IMG/VR virus record: IMGVR_UViG_3300035156_000041
Span: 22,315 to 86,314 of that record
DNA length: 64,000 nucleotides
From: a virus
Direction: 5' to 3' (one strand)
Below are positions 7,688 through 16,647 of the stretch, piece by piece. A program made the translations under genes and the position numbers. The notes under the pieces were generated by a model. It saw only the letters and a program-made list of their open reading frames with translations, did no database searches and had not been told where the DNA came from. How positions within the stretch are numbered: position 1 is the stretch's first letter; each line of letters starts with the position of its first letter.

Positions 7688-8485
7688 TTAGGCGTAATAA
7701 AACATTTTCACAAGGCTGCGAGTAATACCGTCGCGTACGCAATCTTCGGGCATGAATGTAACTGAGCCAATCAAGTTTTGCAGGTTGTCCAAATCCTCGT
7801 CAGACATGTACTCTGGCTCATCTTCGATAGTCTTACTGATAAGACTGATAGTAGCTTGCAAACCACTCATACCGCGCATATCATTTTGTTTCCAATCTCC
7901 CGTCAGCAGGTAACTTGTCCCTTTACCAAGGCGAGTAAGCAACATCTCAAGATCACTTTCAGTGAAGTTTTGTACCTCCTCACAAAGTACTACAGCGTTT
8001 TCAAAAGATCGTCCACGAAGGAACTCCGCAGATTTGGTTTCAATAACCTCTTTCTCAACACAGTAGTTAAGGTAGCCTTGCCCCATGAACGTGCCAAGGT
8101 GGATTAGTGTTTGTGCAAAGTAGGGTGCAAGTTTCTCTGTTTCTGTGCCGGGCAGGGAGCCTCCAGACTTCCCCGTTGATACGTTAGGCCGCACAAGATA
8201 AATCTTCTCAACTTTCTTTTCTTTCAGGAGCGTTGCAGCCCACCACGCAGCCAGCATACTTTTACCAGTCCCTGCCGATCCGCTGAGAAACAACACTCGC
8301 ACGCCTGAGCGTAACAGTGCGACAGCATTCTTTTGATTCTGTGTAGCAGGTGTAAACTTAGCTACTGGCCCCTGACGGAGCATTTCTTCAGCAGCAATTT
8401 CAGCAAAGAACTTATCCTTGGCACACGGCTTAGGCGTCTCGTTATCAATCTTAGTACGGCGGGTACGAGCAACACGTTTGGTCAT
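7688..8485 (-). CDS. phoH: PhoH-family ATPase
   Basis: GSAGTGKS Walker A, FLRGRSF, EEVQN, LTRLG, TGD..QND. Confidence 0.93.
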   Translation of the reverse strand: MTKRVARTRRTKIDNETPKPCAKDKFFAEIAAEEMLRQGPVAKFTPATQNQKNAVALLRSGVRVLFLSGSAGTGKSMLAAWWAATLLKEKKVEKIYLVRPNVSTGKSGGSLPGTETEKLAPYFAQTLIHLGTFMGQGYLNYCVEKEVIETKSAEFLRGRSFENAVVLCEEVQNFTESDLEMLLTRLGKGTSYLLTGDWKQNDMRGMSGLQATISLISKTIEDEPEYMSDEDLDNLQNLIGSVTFMPEDCVRDGITRSLVKMFYYA

Positions 8486-8500
8486 AACACTTCCTTTATA

Positions 8501-8743
8501 TTACTTAGCTTCGGAGTTTTCTGCTTTAGGACGACCTTTAGGTTTTGGTGTTTCAACAGGTTCTTGTGCAGGTTTGTCGTTGGCAGCAGCCAACTCCCCA
8601 CGCTCCATCCGAACTTCTTTTTGCCAGCCATGATCGGAAGGAGAACCTTCGACAAGTGTCCAGCCATCCTGCACATGTTTCTGGATTTCTTGGCCAAGTT
8701 CGTAAGTACCGGATACAAGGAAGTTAGTAGTTTCTTTAGTCAT
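8501..8743 (-). CDS. hypothetical protein
   Basis: GAGG RBS; in operon with phoH. Confidence 0.65.
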   Translation of the reverse strand: MTKETTNFLVSGTYELGQEIQKHVQDGWTLVEGSPSDHGWQKEVRMERGELAAANDKPAQEPVETPKPKGRPKAENSEAK

Positions 8744-8858
8744 AGGATAAGTCCTCTAGTGGTTGGTCATGCGGTGGGATGTAATAAATTGAGTAGTGCA
8801 TATCGTTAGCAATTTCGTCAGCCTCGTACTCTGCGATAAAGTCTTCAAGATAGGTCAT
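8736..8858 (-). CDS. 40-aa acidic peptide (not in ORF track)
   Basis: Fills the gap; ATGA overlap and AAGGA RBS. Confidence 0.4.
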   Translation of the reverse strand: MTYLEDFIAEYEADEIANDMHYSIYYIPPHDQPLEDLSYD

Positions 8859-9073
8859 GCTGCTTCCTTCACGTCAGTTTTGCCACCTTTGATAACAACC
8901 ATAAGAGGCTCTTTGACCTTGATAGCTGTAAGATGCCCGTACACGGTGGTTCGGAACAGTGTTACATCGTTCTCTGTGACGCCTTCAGGCTCGATTCCGA
9001 TGACGCTAGTAATATGGTGAAGCTTATTATCCATATCTTTGTAGTAGGCTGAAACTTTTGCTGTGTGAGACAT
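8855..9073 (-). CDS. hypothetical protein
   Basis: TAAGGA RBS; first gene after the leftward promoters. Confidence 0.7.
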   Translation of the reverse strand: MSHTAKVSAYYKDMDNKLHHITSVIGIEPEGVTENDVTLFRTTVYGHLTAIKVKEPLMVVIKGGKTDVKEAA

Positions 9074-9103
9074 GACGTTCCTTACGTTGTGAGTAGTAAG
9101 GCT

Positions 9104-9132
9104 ATTGTGAAGGAATTTTGAGAGCCTGTCAA
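9104..9132 (-). promoter_or_regulatory. sigma70-like promoter
   Basis: TTGACA-17bp-CACAAT. Confidence 0.6.
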
Positions 9133-9177
9133 GCGGTTATTTCTTGAGAGGAAGGCTCGTCAGCAAGACAAGTACTT

Positions 9178-9206
9178 ATTATAGTACGAAGTGTGCCTGT
9201 TGTCAA
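9178..9206 (-). promoter_or_regulatory. consensus sigma70 promoter
   Basis: TTGACA-17bp-TATAAT. Confidence 0.85.
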
Positions 9207-9254
9207 GATATTTCGAGTTGTCTTGGTAGAGTGATAACACATAATAAATTTAAC

Positions 9255-9283
9255 TTGACTTTTGGCACATCTTATGCTATCAT
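9255..9283 (+). promoter_or_regulatory. promoter of the morphogenesis operon
   Basis: TTGACT-TTTGGCACATCTTATGC-TATCAT. Confidence 0.75.
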
Positions 9284-9320
9284 GGCGTTATTAGAGAAAT
9301 AAACATAACAAGGAGGCCAT

Positions 9321-9647
9321 TTGGGCGCACAATTAAAGCCAGTGGCTACAGAGGTTGGATTTGCCAGGCGGCAAAATCACCCTCTCTCCAAGCTTCTCAA
9401 AAGTTTGACAGCAGAGAGTCAAGATGCCGTGGATGTTCTTGTGGCTCTTACGAAATCCACGGATGAAAAGATCAAGCTTGCTGCTGCTACGAAGCTTCTG
9501 GAGTTTCAGGAGAGCGTTGCTAAGTCGATTGAGAATGACGCTCTTATGCGCGTTATGGCTAACGCTAAGTATGGCGGGCCAAAAGAGTTGGCTGAAGGTG
9601 AAGATGAGACGGTTTTGATAGATTACACTGTTCAAGACCCGGAGTAA
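9321..9647 (+). CDS. putative terminase small subunit
   Basis: AGGAGG RBS and TTG start; helical ~110 aa; first gene of the late operon upstream of terL. Confidence 0.55.
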   Translation: MGAQLKPVATEVGFARRQNHPLSKLLKSLTAESQDAVDVLVALTKSTDEKIKLAAATKLLEFQESVAKSIENDALMRVMANAKYGGPKELAEGEDETVLIDYTVQDPE

Positions 9648-9654
9648 AAGTTTA

Positions 9655-9730
9655 GCCGCCGTAGCTCAGTTGGCAGAGCGCCAGATTTGTAATCTGGATG
9701 TCAGGGATTCGATTTCTCTCGGCGGCACCA
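9655..9730 (+). tRNA. tRNA-Thr (anticodon UGU)
   Basis: 76-nt cloverleaf: GCCGCCG/CGGCGGC acceptor stem, D arm TAGCTCAGTTGGCAGAGC, CCAGA-TTTGTAA-TCTGG anticodon arm, TTCGA T-loop, encoded CCA. Confidence 0.95.
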
Positions 9731-9768
9731 GAATTAGCCGTGTACCGGCACAACTAGAGACGAAAACT

Positions 9769-10311
9769 ATGAAAACTCTGGATAAAGAAGTACAAATTGC
9801 AATTATCAACGAAGCTGGCAGTACGTATAGGAATCACTTGTTAGGTTTGACTAAGCAGTCCAGTGACACGAAGGCGTGCATTCAAGCAGCAACACTCGCT
9901 GCACAAGGCTTTATTGACATGTTCAGTAAGAACCTCACCAGTACGTGGAAGATTGATCCAAATGGCAATGTAACAGCCGAGAATATTAAAATTGGTAATT
10001 TGTCCACTATTTCGGCTACTTATGGCGGCTCTAAGAGTATGACAGTCACTTTATACAAATGGGCGCTGACACAACCTAGTGTACCTGAATTTTGTGTCGT
10101 TCAGTGGGAGTCAAACACCATTATGAAAGGCAGTAAACTAACTGGTTGGTCTTCTGTTGAACCGGGCAAAGGTAGTTTTGGCAATGCTGGTGAAACACTG
10201 TTTGAGCTAAAAGTGAATGTTTCTGCACCAGATAATGAAATCTACACTGCTGTTGATTTCAAAGACTACAAAATACAAAGTATTGCCTACAATGGCAAGC
10301 AAGGAATCTGA
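9769..10311 (+). CDS. hypothetical protein containing a tail-fibre-like segment
   Basis: Start moved to ATG 9769 because the upstream part overlaps the tRNA; contains NIKIGNLSTISATYG. Confidence 0.6.
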   Translation: MKTLDKEVQIAIINEAGSTYRNHLLGLTKQSSDTKACIQAATLAAQGFIDMFSKNLTSTWKIDPNGNVTAENIKIGNLSTISATYGGSKSMTVTLYKWALTQPSVPEFCVVQWESNTIMKGSKLTGWSSVEPGKGSFGNAGETLFELKVNVSAPDNEIYTAVDFKDYKIQSIAYNGKQGI

Positions 10312-10312
10312 A

Positions 10313-10562
10313 GGCAGCTACCTGAAGACGATAGCCGTACTCTGTAAGGCTCGGCAGAGGAAATTTACACGGGGGTATGAGTCCCAATGAGAGTAATTTA
10401 AGAATTTGCTTTTCGGGGCTAGCAGGAACAAGTGGCTAGTCGGTAAAGAGCAATGTGTGGAGAGGCCCGCAGTATGGTGGGCATGTTGCATTAGCATAGG
10501 CAGAGTAGCTGTGCAGCACGATTACGTATCAGGCGGGGCATCCTTAATGGGTGTATCCCGCT
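10313..10562 (+). ncRNA. candidate structured non-coding RNA
   Basis: Closing helix GCAGCTAC-CTG/CAG-A-GTAGCTGT, several internal stems and a trailing hairpin; no ORF. Confidence 0.5.
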
Positions 10563-10613
10563 GTAGTTGTTTCTAAGAGGTGGATTACCTCGCTAATTAT
10601 AAATGAGGAATTC

Positions 10614-12044
10614 ATGGCAAAAATTAAAAAACAAAAGTTTTCACCCTCTAGTGAGAAACAGCGACTAGTCTTGATTGAAGATGATGTTGACATCTTGCTC
10701 ACAGGCGGCGGCGCTGGCTCTGGAAAAAGTTTCCTTGCGTTACTTAAAGCCGTTGGCCTCTGCATGGTAGACAGCGCAGCAAAAGTCATGATCTTGCGGC
10801 TATCCTACCCGATGCTGAAAGACCTTATCAGTGCGTCTAAACAGATTTATCCTCATTTTGGCGGAGAGTATAAGACCCAAGCCCGTACGTGGGTGTTTCC
10901 TAACGGCACTGAGATTGACTTTAAAGCTATGCCACGAGACTTGTACGAAGTCCAGGGGTGGGAGAGGACCACATATATCGTAGATGAAGCCGCTGAGTTT
11001 CAATTGACAGATATCCTAGCAATTCTAAGCCGTCTCAGGAGTGCTACGTACAAAGGTAAGAAGAGTTTGTTGCTCACGTGCAACCCTTCTAAAACATCTT
11101 ACCTCTTAGACTGGGTTCAGTTCTCATTGGATCAAGAGGGCATTCCCTTGCCCGGCACTGAGGATCGAGTCCGTTACTTCGTTGTACAAAATAGCCACGT
11201 CAAATGGGCTGACAGTGCAGATGAGTTATACGAGAAGTATGGGGCAGGCTTAAAACTAGGCATTGAGTTTGTGCCGCTGAAAATGAAATTCATCCCTATG
11301 TTGTGTTATGACAACAAAGTGTTGATGAAAGCTGACCCTGGCTACCCAGGCCGCTTGATGTCGCAGCCCCGTGTAAATCAACTTCGTCTGCTCTACGGCT
11401 CTTGGTATGCTGCTGTTGAGGGTAGTTCGATGGTCACGGAGGATATGTTTGAGATTGTCGAGCATCCACCAATTAACCCAATCGCAAAGCTACGAGGCTG
11501 GGACATGGCTGCGTCCATCCCTAATGAGGCCAACAACTTTCGTTGTGATTGGACCGCTGGCGTGCTAATGTCAAAAGATGCCTTCGGTAATTTCTATATT
11601 GAAGATGTAGAAAGGTTTCAAAAACAAATTGATGGAGTGTTGAAGGGAATTCGGGACACAGCATGGCAAGATGGTTTGGAAATTACCCAAGTAATCCCAT
11701 GTGACCCCGCACAGGCTGGCCTAGTAGCCAATCGATTCTACACGACATTCTTAGCTGAGGGCGGTGTTACGACGCGGACAGAGAAGGCCAATCCCCACGC
11801 TAACAAGGCTACCCGTTTTGGACCATTTGCAAGTGTTGCCGCCAATGGAGCTATAAAATTAGTCCGTGGAGATTGGAACCGTGCATACTTAGATGAAGTT
11901 TGTTTCTTTACGGGTAAAAAGGGAGACACAGATGACCAAGCTGACGCGACTAGCACTACCTTCAACCAGCTTGCACGCCAAATGATTATCCCCACATTTT
12001 CTCTTTCGGCCTTTACTAACCCCAGCCCTGTGCCTACGATTTAG
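10614..12044 (+). CDS. terL: terminase large subunit
   Basis: GGGAGSGKS Walker A, YIVDEAAEF Walker B, TCNP coupling motif, GWDMA and DDQADA nuclease motifs; GAGG RBS before ATG 10614. Confidence 0.95.
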   Translation: MAKIKKQKFSPSSEKQRLVLIEDDVDILLTGGGAGSGKSFLALLKAVGLCMVDSAAKVMILRLSYPMLKDLISASKQIYPHFGGEYKTQARTWVFPNGTEIDFKAMPRDLYEVQGWERTTYIVDEAAEFQLTDILAILSRLRSATYKGKKSLLLTCNPSKTSYLLDWVQFSLDQEGIPLPGTEDRVRYFVVQNSHVKWADSADELYEKYGAGLKLGIEFVPLKMKFIPMLCYDNKVLMKADPGYPGRLMSQPRVNQLRLLYGSWYAAVEGSSMVTEDMFEIVEHPPINPIAKLRGWDMAASIPNEANNFRCDWTAGVLMSKDAFGNFYIEDVERFQKQIDGVLKGIRDTAWQDGLEITQVIPCDPAQAGLVANRFYTTFLAEGGVTTRTEKANPHANKATRFGPFASVAANGAIKLVRGDWNRAYLDEVCFFTGKKGDTDDQADATSTTFNQLARQMIIPTFSLSAFTNPSPVPTI

Positions 12045-12065
12045 TGTGTACAGTACAAATAGTTC

Positions 12066-12094
12066 TTGACAAACAACACACACCGTGCTACAAT
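12066..12094 (+). promoter_or_regulatory. promoter upstream of portal
   Basis: TTGACA-17bp-TACAAT, extended TG. Confidence 0.75.
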
Positions 12095-12122
12095 GAGTGT
12101 TAATTAGAGGAATACAACGCCT

Positions 12123-13631
12123 ATGGCTGACAACACTACGCCTGACGGCGCTGACAATTCCGCAGCATTGCAAGCTGACGACGGCACGACGATCCCCCGC
12201 TTACGCTTAGGTGAAGTGGGCTTTTCTGCGCTTAAGCAGCGCAATGGTCGTATCATGGAAGAAGCTAACACGCAATTTCAAATGCCTTATCTGGCTAAAG
12301 TTATTGCTGATATGTCTTACTCCCCTGCTGTCAGTATCGGCTTGGGTGCCATCAATACACTTATCAGTCGCTCGCAGGTAGCTGTAGAGCCTGTAATTGG
12401 TGAGAATAGTGTCGATAAGGTACGTCGAGAGTATCTGCTTTCCGTACTGCACGACATGGAGAACTCCTTTCAGAGTACTTTGCAAAACATCGCTACGTCT
12501 AAAGAGTGGGGCCACCAAGTTAGTGAGATTGTACTAGGTCGCAGGCTTTGGAGCAAGGGTTCCAAGCACAATGACGGGCTTATCCGAGTCACTAAGTTGG
12601 CACACCGTCCTCAAGCCACGTTGGTAAAGTGGAACTATGACGAATCCGGTAGGAACCTGCTTAGTGTCAGCCAAAGTATTGCTAACGTTGAAAACTCCTA
12701 TCGCTTCCAGTCGCAGACAGATGAGAACGGGCTTATTGTAATTCCTCGTGAAAAGTTCTTACTTTTCCGCTCGGACGCCACATCAGATAACCCGCATGGA
12801 GCTAGCTGTCTTAAGAGTGTGTATCTAGCATGGAAACAGCTCACACTTCTAGAAGAAAACATGCTTCGTGGAGTGGCTAAAGACACCTCCGGTATCCCTT
12901 TTGCGCAGTTGCCAGTAAAATTCCTTGATCCTAATGCTTCTGCTGAGGATAAAGCTGTTTACACGGCAACCAAAGCTATCCTTGACGATATCGCTGACGG
13001 TGTTTCCCGAAGCATTATCTTCCCGATGATGAAGGACGATCAGAATAATGATATGTTCTCGCTTCAGTTGTTGGAGCAAAAGGGTGGCAAAGCTTATGAC
13101 CTGCCGGGAATTATTCGTCAACTTCAGGCGAATATTCTCAGCGTCCTCAGTGCCGACTCCATCACAATGGGCGCTGATAAGAGTGGTTCAATGTCCCTGC
13201 AAGACTCCGACACGAACATGTTGGCGCTGCGCGTAAGCTTCCTGCTCTCGCAGATTAGTGACACAATTAACCAAGAATTAGTTCCACTCTTGTGGAGGCT
13301 TAATGGCTGGTCACAAGACCGTATGCCACAAGTCTACTTTAAAGATGTGTCATCCGTATCTCTCGAAGAGTTCTCGAAGTTCTTCCAACGTGTAGCAGCA
13401 GTGGGCGGAATTGAGTATACGCGTGATGTACTCAATAAAGTCCGCGAAGTCGGTGGTTTTGATCTACTCCCAGAAGACGAGGCAGTAGACATCGATAAAC
13501 TCTCCACAACTATGGCAGGCAAGGCGTCAGGTAGTGGTGCCGGTCTTGCTGTAGGTGCTAATGGTGATGGTACAGCTAAGACTCCGGGTGGGCAAGACAA
13601 TTCAGTTAAAAACACAGAAAATAAAGCATAA
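12123..13631 (+). CDS. portal protein
   Basis: Follows terL, 502 aa; IPREKFLLF..NPHG.S.LKSVY..W motif. Confidence 0.88.
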   Translation: MADNTTPDGADNSAALQADDGTTIPRLRLGEVGFSALKQRNGRIMEEANTQFQMPYLAKVIADMSYSPAVSIGLGAINTLISRSQVAVEPVIGENSVDKVRREYLLSVLHDMENSFQSTLQNIATSKEWGHQVSEIVLGRRLWSKGSKHNDGLIRVTKLAHRPQATLVKWNYDESGRNLLSVSQSIANVENSYRFQSQTDENGLIVIPREKFLLFRSDATSDNPHGASCLKSVYLAWKQLTLLEENMLRGVAKDTSGIPFAQLPVKFLDPNASAEDKAVYTATKAILDDIADGVSRSIIFPMMKDDQNNDMFSLQLLEQKGGKAYDLPGIIRQLQANILSVLSADSITMGADKSGSMSLQDSDTNMLALRVSFLLSQISDTINQELVPLLWRLNGWSQDRMPQVYFKDVSSVSLEEFSKFFQRVAAVGGIEYTRDVLNKVREVGGFDLLPEDEAVDIDKLSTTMAGKASGSGAGLAVGANGDGTAKTPGGQDNSVKNTENKA

Positions 13632-13640
13632 GGAGCTTCA

Positions 13641-14483
13641 TTGAAAGCACATTCACTTCATAGGCTCCTAGCCTCACTGTATGGGCGACCTCACTTGATT
13701 AGCCGGGACGCTTTTCAAAGCGTTTCCACATACCTTAACTCCCGTAATGCAGGACTGCTAACCTTCCCCGACGATAGCAAACAGGCTGAGAAGCCTCCCT
13801 CGTTCGACACAAATGCAGGTATCGGGGTGCTTACAGTACGAGGTAGCTTAACATACCGTGCAAGCGGCTGGGAAGCTCTTTGCGGAGGCTACTCGTACGA
13901 ATCCCTAATGGCAGACGCCACTGAGATGGTCGAAGCAGGTATTAAGACTATCATCATTGATGCTGATTCAGGTGGTGGGGAGGCCTACGGCTGTTTTGAA
14001 ACTGCCGACGAGTTTTCAGCTATGTGTGCAGCCAACGGAGTAAAGACTTATGGGTATGTAGACGGCACAGCCGCTTCTGCAATGTATGGTTTGATCTGCG
14101 TATGTGATGAGGTAGTAGCAAACCCATTTGCCGAGGTAGGGTCTATCGGGGTGCTTATTGCACTGATGAATGATTCGGAGTACCTGAAAAAAGAAGGTAT
14201 TGAGCGAATCTTTATCACAGACGGAACTGAAAAAGTTCCATTTGCAGATGATGGCTCTTTCCGGGAAGGTTTCATTGAAGACTTGGAAGCTCGTTGTGCA
14301 GAACTTGGTGACGCGTTTCGCTCACACGTAAGTTCGTACACTGGATTGTCGGTCGAGGACTTGAAGGCCACTAACGCCAAAGTCTACTCCGCACAAGATG
14401 CTCTTGAAATTGGCCTGATTAATAAAATTCAAACTCGTTCGGAGTTCATCTCCTACGTAGCTAACAAACACAAAGGGGCATGA
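13641..14483 (+). CDS. S49-family head maturation protease
   Basis: DSGGGEA, AASAMY and VGSIGV motifs; TTG start with AAGGAG RBS. Confidence 0.9.
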   Translation: MKAHSLHRLLASLYGRPHLISRDAFQSVSTYLNSRNAGLLTFPDDSKQAEKPPSFDTNAGIGVLTVRGSLTYRASGWEALCGGYSYESLMADATEMVEAGIKTIIIDADSGGGEAYGCFETADEFSAMCAANGVKTYGYVDGTAASAMYGLICVCDEVVANPFAEVGSIGVLIALMNDSEYLKKEGIERIFITDGTEKVPFADDGSFREGFIEDLEARCAELGDAFRSHVSSYTGLSVEDLKATNAKVYSAQDALEIGLINKIQTRSEFISYVANKHKGA

Positions 14484-14484
14484 A

Positions 14485-15027
14485 ATGCTTAAAGATTTGA
14501 TGAAGAAAGTTTTCCCTGCTTCGGCAGATAACGCAGCTTCGGCTGAAAACAGTGAGGTAGTCCCAGAAATGACGACACAAGAACAGCAGCCAACCGCTGC
14601 TAATGAACAACTAGCGGAGATGGCAGCAGCACTTGCAACGGCTACTGAGGCTCAAGCCACAATGCAATCGCAAATGGCCGAACTCGCTACTAAATACGCA
14701 GCAGCAGAAGCAGCCCTCGCAGCCTCTGCTCAAGCACAAGAAATGCTTATTTCGCAAGCCAAAGCAGCCAAGATGGAAGCTCGTACAGCATCCTTGTCGG
14801 CAGTGATGGGCGATGTTAAAGGTCCACAGATGGCTGTTGCTCTTGAAAGCCTTGGCGATGAATCTTTCGCCACTGTTCTCAGCGGTTATGCAGCTAGCTT
14901 TGAGGCTGAAAGCAAATCCGAGATGTTTTCGGAAAAAGGAGTAGCTGCTGAGGCGGCTCCAGTAGTAGAAGAAGATACAGCAACCCGTCTCGCAGCATCC
15001 CTTGCTGCAACATTTAAAACGAAATAA
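14485..15027 (+). CDS. capsid scaffolding protein (putative)
   Basis: Ala/Glu-rich coiled coil between protease and capsid genes. Confidence 0.7.
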   Translation: MLKDLMKKVFPASADNAASAENSEVVPEMTTQEQQPTAANEQLAEMAAALATATEAQATMQSQMAELATKYAAAEAALAASAQAQEMLISQAKAAKMEARTASLSAVMGDVKGPQMAVALESLGDESFATVLSGYAASFEAESKSEMFSEKGVAAEAAPVVEEDTATRLAASLAATFKTK

Positions 15028-15036
15028 GGAAATATA

Positions 15037-15453
15037 ATGCCAATTATCGCCACTGACTCGCAACGTTATAGCAATGTTGTGAAACGCGAAGCCGGTCCTG
15101 AATGGGGCCAATGCAAGAAAATGGTAGTTCTGAACGGTGTCGCTGGCACCTTTCCAATCGGCACGGTTATCGGCCAAGTAACTGCAACTGGTAAGTATAA
15201 AGTGGTGGAAGCCACTGCTACCGATGGTTCGCAAGTTGCTAGTGCTGTAGTGGTTGGCGACTTCATGGGCCATCCTGTACCAGTTACTGTCGCAGCTAAC
15301 ACGGACGCTCGCGTTCTGGTTCTGTATCGCGGCGCATCGGCTGTTGCTGACAAGTCGCTGTCGTTTGGCACATCGGTTACGACTGGTGCTCTGACGCTGT
15401 CTCTGTATGCACAATTGGCGGCTGTCGGTATCGACGTTCTGCCAGCAATCTAA
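15037..15453 (+). CDS. head decoration protein
   Basis: GTVIGQVTATGKY..ATDGSQ.A.AV motif (lambda gpD-like); immediately before MCP. Confidence 0.85.
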   Translation: MPIIATDSQRYSNVVKREAGPEWGQCKKMVVLNGVAGTFPIGTVIGQVTATGKYKVVEATATDGSQVASAVVVGDFMGHPVPVTVAANTDARVLVLYRGASAVADKSLSFGTSVTTGALTLSLYAQLAAVGIDVLPAI

Positions 15454-15497
15454 TAGTTGTCGTTGACAACAATCTTTGACAATTAAAAGGAAATAAC

Positions 15498-16532
15498 ATG
15501 CTGGTTCGTAGCCCCCTTAATAATTTTGATGTCGTTGACCTGACATCCGCTGTACGCAATCTACCTATTCAATATGGCACCTATAACATGATGGGTATTT
15601 TTGAAGAGGAAGGTGTCGCTTCTGATACCGTCATGTTTGAAGAAACCACTTTGAATGGTGCTCTTATTCTTGACCGTGTTCGCGGTGAAAAGAATAACGT
15701 GAATACTGACGGTGTTCGTAAACTGCACACATTCCCTATTCCTCACTTCCCGCTCGATGACCATATCTCGCCTAAAGACTTGGCGCAGAAGTCGGCCTAT
15801 GATAACTTCAATGAAATCGAACAACTGGATGCTGTCCGTGCTCGCAAAATGCTGCGTATGCGTCAGAACCACGATTGGACGTTGAACGCTGCACGTGCTC
15901 AAGCGCTGTTCTCGGGCACAGCGTATGCTCCAAACGGCACGATTTCCATGAACTGGTTCCAAGAATTTAACGTTACTCAGACATCGGTAGACTTTGCGCT
16001 TGGCACTCCTGGCACTGAAGTACTGTCGAAAATTGAGTTGGTGATTCAAGCAACCCATGACGGTATGGGCGGTAACGGTGTCTTTAGTGGCATTATTGCA
16101 CCTGTCAGTACCGGCTTCTTTAACAAACTGATTACGCACGCTAGCGTAAAAGCTGCATGGGTTTACGCTCAGCAAAACGCAGTTGGTTTTGACCCTATTC
16201 GCGGTCGTCTGGCTGACGGTAATTCGGTTATGCCCAACGGTCGTTCGTTCTTTTTCGGTGGTATTACCTTCCGCGAAGTTCGTGACTCGTATAACGGTGT
16301 TTCGATTACCACCGCTAACGAAGGCGTTGCTGTGCCACAAGGTTCGGGCATGTTCAAAACGTACTTTGCTCCAGCAGAGCGTTTCGGTCTGGTCAATACC
16401 CAAGGCGAGAAAATGTACGCTTTTGAAGAGGCTGCAACTAACGGCACCAAGATCGACATCGAAACAGAATCGAATCATATTAGCTGCCTGACCCGTCCTC
16501 AAGCGGTTATTCGTCTGTTTTCTAGCAACTAA
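15498..16532 (+). CDS. major capsid protein (lambda gpE-like family)
   Basis: 344 aa; IPHFPLDD, TYFAPA..VNT.G, ETESN..C..RPQAVI; strong codon bias; followed by terminator. Confidence 0.93.
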   Translation: MLVRSPLNNFDVVDLTSAVRNLPIQYGTYNMMGIFEEEGVASDTVMFEETTLNGALILDRVRGEKNNVNTDGVRKLHTFPIPHFPLDDHISPKDLAQKSAYDNFNEIEQLDAVRARKMLRMRQNHDWTLNAARAQALFSGTAYAPNGTISMNWFQEFNVTQTSVDFALGTPGTEVLSKIELVIQATHDGMGGNGVFSGIIAPVSTGFFNKLITHASVKAAWVYAQQNAVGFDPIRGRLADGNSVMPNGRSFFFGGITFREVRDSYNGVSITTANEGVAVPQGSGMFKTYFAPAERFGLVNTQGEKMYAFEEAATNGTKIDIETESNHISCLTRPQAVIRLFSSN

Positions 16533-16534
16533 AT

Positions 16535-16556
16535 AAAATGCCTTTCGGGGCTTTTA
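16535..16556 (+). terminator. intrinsic terminator after MCP
   Basis: GCCT-TTCG-GGGC then TTTT. Confidence 0.65.
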
Positions 16557-16590
16557 TACAACAAAGATAAGCTGGGAGTTGTCCAGCCTC

Positions 16591-16632
16591 TTTACCGATG
16601 TAATCTTATCGTGTATAATGGTAAGATTACAT
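16591..16632 (+). promoter_or_regulatory. promoter of the HNH gene with its -10 inside an 11-bp inverted repeat
   Basis: TTTACC-17-TATAAT; ATGTAATCTTA/TAAGATTACAT. Confidence 0.55.
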
Positions 16633-16647
16633 TAATAAGGAGCTTAA

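Noticed and set aside
9670-9768. N-terminal extension of the 213-aa ORF
   Set aside because: It lies inside the tRNA-Thr gene; ATG 9769 is the plausible start
10313-10512. Hammerhead ribozyme, RNase P or tmRNA identity for the structured region
   Set aside because: CUGAAGA and GAAA are present but there is no NUH or stem III; GAGGAAA resembles RNase P but no P4 partner exists and the region is too short; no tRNA-like ends for tmRNA
15561-16502. 313-aa antisense ORF over the capsid gene (also 14611-15414, 32064-32765 and many smaller shadow ORFs)
   Set aside because: Expected by-product of strong codon bias on the coding strand; no RBS or recognisable motifs
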